Shown here in pieces: positions 18,483-27,982 of a stretch of DNA of 32,000 nucleotides. Positions within the stretch are counted from its first letter, which is position 1; every line of letters starts with the position of its first letter. The stretch lies in contig NC_017459.1 in assembly GCF_000237865.1 (NCBI RefSeq), positions 2,700,001 to 2,732,000 on the forward strand. The letters are read 5' to 3'. Source of the stretch: Haloquadratum walsbyi C23 (GTDB taxonomy: Archaea > Halobacteriota > Halobacteria > Halobacteriales > Haloferacaceae). A model generated the notes under the pieces. It made no database searches. It saw nothing but the letters and a program-made list of their open reading frames with translations, and was not told the DNA's origin. Both the position numbers and the translations under genes were made by a program.

Positions 18483-20712
18483 ATGACTCCGCGAGAGGAA
18501 CGCACGGACACAATCCGTGTCCTCCACGCTGATGACGACTTAGAGTTCGCTGAGATGGCGACGACATTTCTTGAACGGGAAAATGACCGATTCGATACCG
18601 AGACCGTCGCAAGTGCAAGCGATGGGCTCACTCACCTTGCTCATTCGACGTTTGATTGCGTGATTTCTGACTACGATATGCCCATTCAGGATGGGATTGA
18701 GTTTCTCAAGAGTGTGCGTGACAACTATCCTGAGCTACCGTTCATCCTGTTTACTGGCAAAGGCTCGGAAAAAGTCGCCAGTGAAGCCATCTCTGCTGGA
18801 GTGACTGATTATCTACAGAAATCGTCTGGAACTGAGCAGTACGAACTGTTAGCTCATCGAATCACGAACGCTGTCGAACAATCACAAGCTCAACGACGAG
18901 TTCAGAAAGAACAACAGCGATTTCGCACCCTTTTCGACCGCCTCTCACAACCTATTGTGGAAGTGCAATATAAAAACAGTGAGCCAATCGTCACTCAAGT
19001 GAATTCGGCTTTCGAGGGTGTGTTTGGGTACGAAAGTGAGAGCATCGTTGGTGACTCCCTTGACACTCACATCGTCCCTGATGACCGAATCGATGAAGCC
19101 GAAGCGATTAATCAACATGTCCGATCAGGTGGTCGTCTCGAATCAAGAGAGGTTATCCGTGAGACCGCCGATGGTCTGCGTAAATTCCTTATTCAAAACG
19201 CCGTCTACGACGACGGGGCAGGCGGGTTTGCTATCTACACAGACATTACTGACCGAAGAGACCGTGAGGAAACTCTTGAGCGGAACCGCGACCTGCTACG
19301 ACACACCGAACAATTGGCTACTGTCGGCGGGTGGGAGGCTGACGTTGAAACTGGCGAGGTATCTTGGACGCAGGGAGCATACGCAATCCACGATCTTGAC
19401 CCCGCTGGGGAGTTCGAGCCATCAATTGAGACTGTAATGGAGTTGTATCATCCTGATGATCAGGCGACAATTCAGCAAGCGGTTGAGAAGTGTCGCACAC
19501 AGGGTAAAGCATGCGAACTTGACGTCCGACTGATGACCGCTGAGGACGAACAAAAGTGGGTATCTATGACTGGTGAGGCTATATATGATGACGATGGCGA
19601 TGATATCACCAAAATTCGAGGGGCAGTTTGTGATATCACTGATATTCAAGCTCAAAAACAAGAACTGGTAAAGCTGAAACAGCAATATCAGACGCTGGCA
19701 GAGAACTTTCCAGATGGAGCGGTGTATCTAATTGACGATAGTCTCGAGTATATTCGTGCCCGTGGTGAAGCCTTGGAGCGATCTGATTTGTCGCCTGCGG
19801 ATATTGAGGGTCACAGCCCACACGACGTGTTCCCCGATGAACTTGCAGATGAAGCATGTAACCACTACGAACGGGCGTTCAACGGGGAGACCGTGACTGC
19901 CGAACAGGAATACGACGGTGAGCGATACCGAGTTCAGGTAACACCTGTGGACGGCGATGGAACAGAAATCAGATATGTGATGGCGGTGGCACAAGATATC
20001 ACACAGTATGTTGAGGACAGACGAGAGCTCCAACGACAGAACAAACAACTGGATGAGTTTGCAAGCGTTGTGAGCCACGATTTGCGGAATCCACTCTCTG
20101 TTGCACAGGGGAACTTGGGGCTTCTTCGTGAGGACTGTGAGAGTGGCAGAATCGACAAGATTGACTCGGATGGACGAACTAATAGAAGATCTTCTCACGT
20201 TAGCCCGTGCAGGTGAGCAAATTGGGAGTGTCGAATCAGTGCATCTCGCTGAGTTGTCTCAGAACTGTTGGCAGAATGTTGAGACGACCGATGCAACAAT
20301 CCATCTCGATATTAGTGCCACCCAGACTGTTACAATCAAAGCAGATCTAAATCGCCTTGCACAGTTATTTGAGAATCTGATGCGGAATGCAATCGAGCAT
20401 GCACGGACTCAGGATGATTATAATGGCGATAAGAGTGAGAATGTGACAATCACTGTTGGTGAGCTTGCGGACGGGTTCTATGTTGCAGACGACGGAACCG
20501 GAATCCCTGAGAGTAAGCAAGACGATATATTTGATGCGGGCTATACGACGACCGAGCAGGGCACTGGATTTGGACTCTCAATCGTCAAACGGGTCGCCGA
20601 AGCCCACGGGTGGGAGATATCCATCACAGAAAGTTCCGAAGGCGGGGCACGCTTTGAAGTGACTAACGTCGATATGAGTCGAATGGAGTCAAATCAAATA
20701 CAATTGGAGTGA
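18483..20712 (+). pseudogene. Hybrid receiver-PAS(x3)-HisKA-HATPase sensor kinase, split by a frameshift near 20160-20169
   Basis: Receiver domain (DYDMP...LFTGKG), PAS-like segments, and H-box FASVVSHDLRNPL in frame 0. The rest of the dimerisation helix RMDELIEDLLTLAR plus the N, G1 and G2 boxes (NLMRNAIEHA, DDGTGIPE, GTGFGLSIV) are in frame +1 (ORF 20101..20712). Confidence 0.8.
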
Positions 20713-21365
20713 ATGTTGACTCAGAGAATTCATCTGAGTGTCTTGATCCTCGCTTTCGTTTTGAAAAGCTATCACTTCCGTCCCGTTCCCGTCAAGCATT
20801 CTTTCGAGTCATAACCGCAGTCATTAGGGACATGTCACTCAAAGCAGAGCTATACAACCGCACTGAGCTGTTTCGTTCCGTCCCATTCCAGTAGCCACAA
20901 CGACTGTCAGTATCCGATACGCCGTCTACCGACCGAGTGTGGTAACGGATAATCAATTTAGGATCTGATTGAGTCTCTAAAACTTGTGTATCAGAAATAT
21001 GATATTTTACCCGATAAAGTACAAGAATTAGAGGTCGTTGTCACCCAATGCTCTCAGAAAGGTGCGATGAGGTTATTATCAAAAACAAAACGTCGCTGAG
21101 AACCGCTACTCGAATTTGACAGCATACGACTTCAATTCTCGCTACGAGTACGTACAGCGTGGCGATGCTGTTGTGCGAGCAGTCTATGTTGAATTATTAC
21201 CGACTGACCCCCACGGACTCACGCAAGAAGGGCGAACTTTCCTTGCTCAAAACGCCGAAATAAAGACATACGGCTTCCCCCATCTCCCGCCTCACATCAG
21301 CTGATGAGTGAATTATCTCCCTGTATCGACCGTCGAATCAACCCCTTCCACAAACCCAAACAACA

Positions 21366-21765
21366 ATGACTGACAGAAATTCAAACACTCCCGCTGGGGA
21401 GCACGACCCGTGATCGAGATCAAAATAGACTACGACGACTACGGCTTACACAAGCAGGAGTCCGCTACGACGATTATCCGCATTGACCACGACTCAAGCG
21501 TGTTCGAGCGGATTGGGAAAATCGAATCCGTATCACCTGGAATCGTGCTGAAACAACATATCAGATTAATTGATGACATAGCCGACGACATAACAGAGGC
21601 GTACGAGCACATCAAATTCATTTCAGCCCGCACAGACGAGTTTGAGACTCGGCTTCAGGACACTATTTTGACTTTGTGTACGCAATTAAAGCACCCGAGG
21701 AGTTAGCGGAAGAGCTGTCTGGAAAGCTTGCCGAGGACTTCTCTGACCAGTTCGGCAACCTCTGA
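21366..21765 (+). pseudogene. Hypothetical acidic protein apparently spread over three frames
   Basis: MTDRNSNTPAGEHDP* occupies 21366-21413. The GTG-started ORF 21410..21706 follows. A protein-like acidic tail, HYFDFVYAIKAPEELAEELSGKLAEDFSDQFGNL*, lies in a third frame and ends at 21765. Confidence 0.35.
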
Positions 21766-21955
21766 TAAACTCGTTAGGATAGCTCCGAAGGCTGAGAGGA
21801 GAAAACGTCAGTTAGAGGCGATTTTATACGCAGACGGGTTGTATGATTAATATGATTCGTCATGGGTGGCTCCGAGCGTAGCAGGGAACCAATCTACGTG
21901 TTGTGATGGGAGGGGTAGATTGGAGTTTCTTCAGCTTGTGGTACGACGGTGGACT

Positions 21956-23348
21956 ATGGTCGACGACAGACGCCGATTCGCACTTAGGGAGAACGGAGAG
22001 GAAACCAGCGTATTCACTGGGAAGGCTCCACGTCAGGCAGCGTTGAAAGCCGCTCGGAGACTTGACCCAGCGGAGGGTGAAGAAGACGCTATCGCGGCTT
22101 CGGAGCGGATACGCCTTCGAGAACACGGAACCATTGATATACACATATATGAAGCTTGGGCGTGGGAAGAAGAGACTCCTGACGATGGACCAGCATGGCT
22201 CAATGATACCGTAACAAAAGCCAAAGTGAATAAGCTGGCTGTCGAGAGGACCACAAAATCAGAGACAGAATTGGAGTACGACCAATTAGAACCTTTCCTG
22301 GTAGATCAGCCAATCGCGGTTACAAGAAGCGAGTGTAGTGAGTGTGGACATCAGTTGGATAATTCCTACTATTCATCTACTCGTGTGAGAGATATGCCTT
22401 CTATTACTGGTACAATTGAGTATACGCGGTATGGGTACAAGTATACCTCCTGTGGAACGAAAAACCAAGGAGAGCACCCTTACTGTTCGTCTGTAAGTGG
22501 GTTTGGAACGAATGCTATCGCCCAAGCTGTTCTGTTCTACTACGAATATCGACTCTCATACAGAGATGTGTCGAATGTATTCAACCAGTTATACAACTTC
22601 GATATATCACCAGTATCAGTACAACATATTTGCGACTATCTTTTTACAGCCGCACAGTCAGAGTATGAATCCGTCTGTGAAGAGATACAAACATCTGATG
22701 TAATATATCGATGAAACTCAATTTCCTGTAGACGGAGATGACTATTGGCTCTGGGGATTCACAACTGATAACGAAACTCTCTATGCACTCAGAGACAGCC
22801 GAGGTAGTGTTGTACTGGAAGAAATCCTCGGAGATGAGTTTGATGGGATTATCGTTTGCGACGGTTGGACTGTCTATTCAGCGTATCACTCACGATTACA
22901 GCGGTGTTGGGCACATCTCCTTCGAGAGAAAGAGAATATCTCCGGTGAAGACGCAGAGGCTCAGTTACTTTACGAAGAGCTTCAAAAAGTACACGACGGA
23001 TTGAATCGATTTCTCAAAACCAGCCCATCTCCTCTCCAGCAGATAATTGTTCAGCACGAGGCACGAAGGCGATTGGAAACTCTTGTTGCGGAGGGAGCAG
23101 AGTCAAACAAGGCTTGTGAGGCGCTTCAGACAATCGAAGGTGGGTTGGGTGATTGGCTCACCTTTGTCGTCCATCCAGGGGTAGACTCAACGAATAATAG
23201 AGCCGAGAGAATCCTGCGGGATTCGGTGATGCGGAGAAAAACAATGATGCTTCGGAAACAGAAGGGAGTCAACTCATATGAGATCTTTCAATCACTCATA
23301 CAAACGTGGAAACAGCGGGAACAAAACCCATATACCGAGCTACAGTGA
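21956..23348 (+). mobile_element. IS66-family transposase gene with an MC1-like N-terminal domain, interrupted by one frameshift at about 22704-22711; IS ends not determined
   Basis: zf-IS66-like CSECGHQLD...YTSCG. After a shift in the run taatatatcg, the sequence reads IDETQFPVDG..., CDGWTVY, RCWAHLLRE and STNNRAERILR, which are the IS66 DDE hallmarks. ORF 23001..23348 is the tail of that frame, which is open from 22704. Confidence 0.8.
21968..22249 (+). other. MC1 (archaeal chromatin protein)-like domain fused in frame to the transposase
   Basis: RRRFALRENGEETSVFTGKAPRQAALKAARRL...IRLREHGTIDIHIYEAWAWEE..P..GPAWL...TKAKVNK is collinear with Methanosarcina MC1 as recalled from memory (RNFVLRDEDGNEHGVFTGKQPRQAALKAANRG...IRLRERGTKKVHVFKAWKE...PAWMP..ISKPFVKK). 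Confidence 0.65.
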
Positions 23349-23429
23349 CTCGCACAGGAAATAGGAAAAAGCCACACCAATGCTAAAGATGCGTGGGATT
23401 GAGAACACATTCCTTCAGTCACGCCGATC

Positions 23430-23708
23430 ATGACTGCCAGGCACAAACCGTATTCTGGTACGCTCTTCATCAACGAAGCAACTCAAGAACTGTTCACGCT
23501 CGTCTACGCCGTGGACGACATGACGGTCTGTATCGCACACGGAGGGACAACCTGCGACCCGAAAGGAATTATCATCGACTTCGATGCATTCGACGAGTAT
23601 CGTGGGAGTGGGGGTCCGAGCGTTGGATGTTGTCTAACCAATCTTTATTACCCTCGCAATAGAGCGATAGTGATTCTCAGCTCGGTGTCCTTGCCTGGAA
23701 CTCTATGA
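23430..23708 (+). CDS. Hypothetical protein
   Basis: 92-aa ORF. The first ~60 aa look protein-like (GTLFINEATQELFTLVYAVDDMTVCIAHGG). The 3' end overlaps the convergent gene, so the true end is uncertain. Confidence 0.3.
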   Translation: MTARHKPYSGTLFINEATQELFTLVYAVDDMTVCIAHGGTTCDPKGIIIDFDAFDEYRGSGGPSVGCCLTNLYYPRNRAIVILSSVSLPGTL

Positions 23709-24261
23709 TGAGTTCGTCATTGCGTGCTTCAGGACACTCAACATACAGCTGTGAAACATCGGTCGAGTGGTCTTTCATCAACTCATCTTCCTCAAACTTG
23801 ACCGTGTGCGTATCACCGCAGACAGGGCACTCAAACGAGTCTCCCTTCTCGTAGCCAGATGTCTCTTTCTTGCTCGGGGTGTCCTCAGTGAACACAGCTT
23901 CCTCAATCGTCAGAGAGTGACGCTCAAACAATGACTCTTCGTCTCTAATCTCACGGGCGGCATCGTAGGCGTCAGTCAACTCAGTATCCGAACGGTCTTC
24001 TTTGAAAACACGATACCACGTTTCGTCGTCTTCGATATAGACGACCGCAGAGACGCTCCCCTCGGTGATGAAGACGAGATCGTACACATACACGAATTGC
24101 TTCTCAATTTCTATCGTTCTCTCGCTGTGAATAATTGCCTCAAACCGTCCGCTGTCTTCGAGTTGAGCGAGTGCTTGTTCCATCTCAAGCGGTCGGGAAG
24201 GGAGACTCGAAACAGGTGTGTCGAGATCCGCCATATATACGTCTGCGACCGCTATGTACAA
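23677..24261 (-). CDS. Hypothetical acidic protein with a C-terminal CPxC...DH...EC motif (module 1)
   Basis: ORF with acidic composition and C-terminus FECPVCGDTHTV..KDH..YVECPEA. The start could be the internal Met at 24234 or 24183. Confidence 0.55.
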   Translation of the reverse strand: MYIAVADVYMADLDTPVSSLPSRPLEMEQALAQLEDSGRFEAIIHSERTIEIEKQFVYVYDLVFITEGSVSAVVYIEDDETWYRVFKEDRSDTELTDAYDAAREIRDEESLFERHSLTIEEAVFTEDTPSKKETSGYEKGDSFECPVCGDTHTVKFEEDELMKDHSTDVSQLYVECPEARNDELIIEFQARTPS

Positions 24262-24315
24262 ACCGTTCAGGGAAAGTTACGGAACGTTGTCATAAACTCA
24301 CTTCAAACTCCACAG

Positions 24316-24465
24316 CTACTGTGGCTGGACAGGTTCGTCGCACTCGTCACACTCAGCGAACAATCGCTGTTCACCCGCAACCTCATACTCAAGAAGAGCT
24401 GCTCTCGCTGGAATCACTGAGTCACAGAACGGGCACGAGCCGAGTGTTGACGATGTATTGGACAT
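24316..24465 (-). CDS. 49-aa zinc-finger protein (CPxC...CxxC), not in the ORF track
   Basis: Hand translation of the minus strand gives MSNTSSTLGSCPFCDSVIPARAALLEYEVAGEQRLFAECDECDEPVQPQ*. This pattern is typical of small haloarchaeal CPxCG zinc-finger proteins. Confidence 0.55.
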   Translation of the reverse strand: MSNTSSTLGSCPFCDSVIPARAALLEYEVAGEQRLFAECDECDEPVQPQ

Positions 24466-24736
24466 AGGAATGGAGTGAACTGGAGCAAGGACGTGTTGTG
24501 GCTGAGTCCTACGTTAATTTGATACACATCAGTCCATATATAAATCTCTCAGGAAAGCACGGTGAAAGTGGAAGGGAGAACCGAACTGGTGAGGGAGACA
24601 AAACCTCAATAGCGTGGTCTTCAACCCCACGCACGGGATCACGAATGTGACTCCCCTGAATTGAATAAGAACAGGTCATCCGTTCTCTCGAATCCTCTGA
24701 TATACAATCCAATCGTCTCATATGACAAGTTCAGAA

Positions 24737-25027
24737 TCACACGGAAATAGGTATTAAAACGAGGGCATATATGAGCAGGATAGCAAATAGACCGATGCTC
24801 GCAAACACAACGAGGAGACGAGTTGCGAGGGGGCTGAGTTCATCATCAGGAATCGACCGTGGTGTGACTAGCCCAGAGATAATTGCCCCGCCAAGACACG
24901 CAAGCCCGACAGCAGAACCACCCGTAAGCAGGAAGACAAGCTCTGAATCTGACTGAAACACCGCAGTCTGTCCCCAGACAAGACTCATCAGAACGAATGC
25001 CAGTCCGAATGCTGAATGGCGTCTCAC
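24737..25027 (-). CDS. Small 3-TM membrane protein, paralog A
   Basis: MRRHSAFGLAFVLMSLVWGQTA...IPDDELSPLATRLLV is roughly 40-45% identical by eye to the product of 26067..26336. Confidence 0.6.
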   Translation of the reverse strand: MRRHSAFGLAFVLMSLVWGQTAVFQSDSELVFLLTGGSAVGLACLGGAIISGLVTPRSIPDDELSPLATRLLVVFASIGLFAILLIYALVLIPISV

Positions 25028-25100
25028 AGGTGATATACGTTGACAATTCTAGAGTCAAATAATTGTGGGTGTCCTCTGTCGCATACGGGAGAGGACTTTC

Positions 25101-25277
25101 TCAAGCAGTCATCCGCTGAAATCCACGATACCAAATCGGGCTCAACACAGCACCGAGAATAATTGTTCCTGCAATAGGGATTATACCCGTTGGGTCAGGA
25201 CTCACTACGATCGAGATGCTGAATCCAATCAAGACCGCAATAGAGATGGATATACCTGCGAGTGCAATCTGTGGCAT
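25101..25277 (-). CDS. 58-aa 2-TM membrane protein, not in the ORF track
   Basis: Hand translation gives MPQIALAGISISIAVLIGFSISIVVSPDPTGIIPIAGTIILGAVLSPIWYRGFQRMTA*. Confidence 0.45.
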   Translation of the reverse strand: MPQIALAGISISIAVLIGFSISIVVSPDPTGIIPIAGTIILGAVLSPIWYRGFQRMTA

Positions 25278-25412
25278 ATCGTAGTGAATAATTGTGTCTC
25301 TGATAAAATCCAGTTCTCACCTGCTCACTGAGATAGTCTGACACACCAACCAACGTCGCGTTTGTCTCAGACACCTCGCAATCTCAGAATCGACACTCAG
25401 ACGAATACAGCC

Positions 25413-25877
25413 TCACACTCGCTCTGCTTCTCGGCACTCCTGACTGTCCCTGTAGTGGTCACGGAACGTCTCTATCTCGTCATCACAGGATGGACACACG
25501 CCAGCCAATTTCTGTCGAAGCATTCGTAAGCCATCTTCCAACTCTCGTGACTTCGCTCCCTCTACGTTCTCAGCCACATAGACACTCGTGCCCTCAGTAT
25601 CCTGCATATGCCCTGGTCCATCCACGGTAGCAATCACATCATACGGTAATGTGAGTGGGTCTGCTTCGCCTACATCAATCATTACTTTCTCAGCTGAAGC
25701 AACGGTAACAAACTGCTCAAATGACTCTGCTTCGCCTGTATGCACGGTGATAACTAGCTGATCCACATCCGACGCTGAGACGAGGTGGCAGACGTATATT
25801 TCTGCGATGGAATCAAACTCGTTGTTTGTGTGTTTGATAAGCGATTCAATACCAATCTGTTCAGTTTTTCGTTCCAT
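25413..25877 (-). CDS. Hypothetical acidic protein with a C-terminal CPxC...DH...EC motif (module 2)
   Basis: Starts MERKTEQIGIESL (Met at 25877; the upstream part of ORF 25413..26000 is not protein-like). C-terminus is GVCPSCDDEIETFRDHYRDSQECREA. Confidence 0.55.
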   Translation of the reverse strand: MERKTEQIGIESLIKHTNNEFDSIAEIYVCHLVSASDVDQLVITVHTGEAESFEQFVTVASAEKVMIDVGEADPLTLPYDVIATVDGPGHMQDTEGTSVYVAENVEGAKSRELEDGLRMLRQKLAGVCPSCDDEIETFRDHYRDSQECREAERV

Positions 25878-26066
25878 TTTGATAATAGATACACAGGAAA
25901 CACAGATAATAAAACTATCCCCGATTCGGAGCCGAAGCCACAGTAATGGAACGGGCTCGTGGTAGGGTTGAGAGCAGAGGGAATCTTGAACACACGCCAA
26001 CCAGAGTGTACATCATTAATTCCTCAGCGTCAGCGATAATATGCGTAACCGAAAAAGGATGAGAGT

Positions 26067-26336
26067 ATGAACCGTCGCTCAGGACTCGCCCTCTCGATGC
26101 TCGTGATGAGCCTCTGGATGGGACAGACAGCTCTCACCGAATCAGGGTTGTTCTCGGTGGCGTGGGGTGTCGCAAGCATCACGCTGACCTGTCTGAGCGG
26201 TACAATCCTCGCTGGAGTCTATGAGCCTGAGGCAATCCCTGATGAGGAACTGAGCCCCCTTGCGAGCCGTATCCTCGTCGCTATGCTTCTCATCGGAGGA
26301 GTAGCGTCTTTCCTGCTATTTCTGCCGTCTATCTGA
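26067..26336 (+). CDS. Small 3-TM membrane protein, paralog B
   Basis: MNRRSGLALSMLVMSLWMGQTA...IPDEELSPLASRILV is paralogous to 24737..25027. Confidence 0.6.
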   Translation: MNRRSGLALSMLVMSLWMGQTALTESGLFSVAWGVASITLTCLSGTILAGVYEPEAIPDEELSPLASRILVAMLLIGGVASFLLFLPSI

Positions 26337-26424
26337 CCAACTCGAATAGCAGTACGATGGGTCGTTCAGGCGTCTTCTATCGGAGTCGTGTCCCGCTCTA
26401 TCCAATCATCGCTCGCTCTGTTCG

Positions 26425-26685
26425 CTACGGAACATATTCGTACGGATCTCCGCAAAAATACCCGACTGCAAGAAATCCTGAGATAACCAAGCACGTACAC
26501 CCAAGCCCAAGCTGAAGCAGGTTCACTCTGACCAACCCGAAAGAAACTGTGACTGCGTTTTGTTCGAACCAACCGACCCCCCACCCAGCCCGAAATGCGA
26601 AAGCTATCCACGCTATGCCACCGACGAACCCGAGTATCATCGGTATCAGCCAGTCTGCATCGAACAGTCGTCTCCACCAATCCAT
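26425..26685 (-). CDS. Small 2-TM membrane protein
   Basis: MDWWRRLFDADWLIPMILGFVGGIAWIAFAF...LGLGCTCLVISGFLAVGYF. Preferred over the overlapping Arg-rich frame 26366..26680. Confidence 0.45.
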   Translation of the reverse strand: MDWWRRLFDADWLIPMILGFVGGIAWIAFAFRAGWGVGWFEQNAVTVSFGLVRVNLLQLGLGCTCLVISGFLAVGYFCGDPYEYVP

Positions 26686-26804
26686 CGTTAAATCCTACCG
26701 AGGGTGGTTAATTTACGTCTTGCTTCGCCCGTCGTCAGAAGCAGATGCCACTGTGGTCACCGACCGAGAAAATGTATATAACCGTCGAATAGGTATGCGG
26801 TGAT

Positions 26805-27392
26805 ATGCCTGATTATGAGAAGTTCGCCACCAAAACGATGGACATCGGTCATAACCGAGGAATCGATGTGGCAGATCCCGATGCAGTAGAGCTGATTGCC
26901 GAGGAAGTCGCTGAAGAGTATGTCGTTGATGAAGAAGAGCTGATTACCATCGTCAGACAACGGGCAGAGGGGTATACAGATGCGGGAAATATATACGAAA
27001 ACCCTCCAGAGAATGCCGAGAATCCGTTAGAGAGGTCTGATGAATACCCTGAGGCAGACACAGCAGCAGAGTTCCTCCTTAAAAAAGCAATTGAATATGA
27101 TACCCCAGAGGAAGAGCGTGAAGACGTAGATTGGAGTAGCGTGCCAAAGTTCAATCCCGACGAAGACCACGACATTACCCCACCCGACAGACGCTGGTTC
27201 GTTCGATACAAGTCCTCATTCAAGCAAGCAACTGTCAGTACGGTTGAATGTGCTGAGAATATTGAGATTGACAGTGAGTTTGACTTCTCTAATTCTCTGT
27301 GTGTCGATGGAGATGAAACAGCAGTCAAAAGTCTCACCAAGGAGAGTTTCATTACTGACGTGAAGCAGTATGAAGCTGAAGATTGGTTATGA
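26805..27392 (+). CDS. Hypothetical highly acidic protein
   Basis: 195-aa ORF with typical halophilic composition and no motif I recognise. Confidence 0.6.
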   Translation: MPDYEKFATKTMDIGHNRGIDVADPDAVELIAEEVAEEYVVDEEELITIVRQRAEGYTDAGNIYENPPENAENPLERSDEYPEADTAAEFLLKKAIEYDTPEEEREDVDWSSVPKFNPDEDHDITPPDRRWFVRYKSSFKQATVSTVECAENIEIDSEFDFSNSLCVDGDETAVKSLTKESFITDVKQYEAEDWL

Positions 27393-27405
27393 GCTACGAG
27401 TCTGC

Positions 27406-27947
27406 TCACATTTCATCGAAAGCCGTTAGCTCATTTTCTACGTGCTGGAGGGCTGATTTTGCTTCCTTGCGTTTTGTCGTGCCTCCAACGATTGCCTTCC
27501 CAGTTGAGAAAATGAGGAGTGTGACCGCAAACTGTGGAGGTTTATGCACAGGAACTGCTCTGGCTCGTACTCGGTTTGTCCCAGCCCAAGAGCGATTGTG
27601 AGAGCGTTCAAATTCACGTCTAAATCAAGTGTTCCGACGAAAACAGAAGTTACGTGATGAAACTCATACTCAGGCATCTCAACACCAACGTCAGAAAGAA
27701 GCGTTCGTAACTGAGACTCAGCTTCTTCAAGATCGGCTTCAGTCTTTGCCCCTCGGATTTGGAACGAGCCTGTGCGGTACAGAGTGAATGCAGGACTGTC
27801 GTCTCTAAGATATGTCGTCACCATCCTCTCGCTAGTGAAGTTAGTATCAATTGGGGTTTCGGCATTCTCAACCAAATCACCAACTGGCGGGTGCAGGTCT
27901 AACTCCCGCCCTAGCGACTCAGTTCCCATCGTACTGACAATTTCCAT
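27406..27947 (-). pseudogene. Divergent TATA-box-binding protein (TBP) paralog with a 1-nt frameshift at about 27551-27554
   Basis: ORF 27438..27947 gives ...FTLYRTGSFQIRGAKTEADLEEA...VGTLDLDVNLNALTIALGLGQTEYEPEQF. After a shift at ttcc|tg, the next frame continues P VHKPPQFAVTLLIFSTGKAIVGGTTKRKEAKSALQHVENELTAFDEM*, with the stop at 27406-27408. This completes the second TBP repeat (canonical EYEPEQFPGL.YR....LIF.SGK.V.TGAK). Confidence 0.7.
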
Positions 27948-27982
27948 TTCTATTGCGTATATATAGTATCAGAATCCCACAA

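Noticed and set aside
20776-20886. Repeated ttccgtccc 9-mers downstream of the kinase
   Set aside because: 9-mer repeats are expected by chance at this window size.
21116-21304. 62-aa TTG-started ORF (LTAYDFNSRYEYVQRGDAVV...)
   Set aside because: Its only start is TTG, I see no promoter-like element or recognisable motif, and it may be a gene remnant. Support is insufficient to call it.
22738-23004. 88-aa ORF inside the transposase region
   Set aside because: It is in the wrong frame. The frame open from 22704 to 23348 carries all the IS66 motifs (DETQF, CWAH, NNRAER).
21861-23382. Tentative terminal inverted repeats of the IS (catgggtggct... versus the reverse complement of ...gccacaccaatg)
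   Set aside because: Only about 11 of 13 positions match, with an indel, and there is no matching target-site duplication. I cannot define the IS ends by eye.
26366-26680. 104-aa Arg-rich ORF overlapping 26425..26685
   Set aside because: The alternative frame gives a clean 2-TM protein, whereas this frame is Arg/Ser-rich and implausible as protein.
26849-27409. 186-aa Ser-rich ORF antisense to the acidic gene 26805..27392
   Set aside because: Its composition (poly-Ser/Leu) is the mirror image of GAN-rich acidic codons on the other strand, so it is a shadow ORF.
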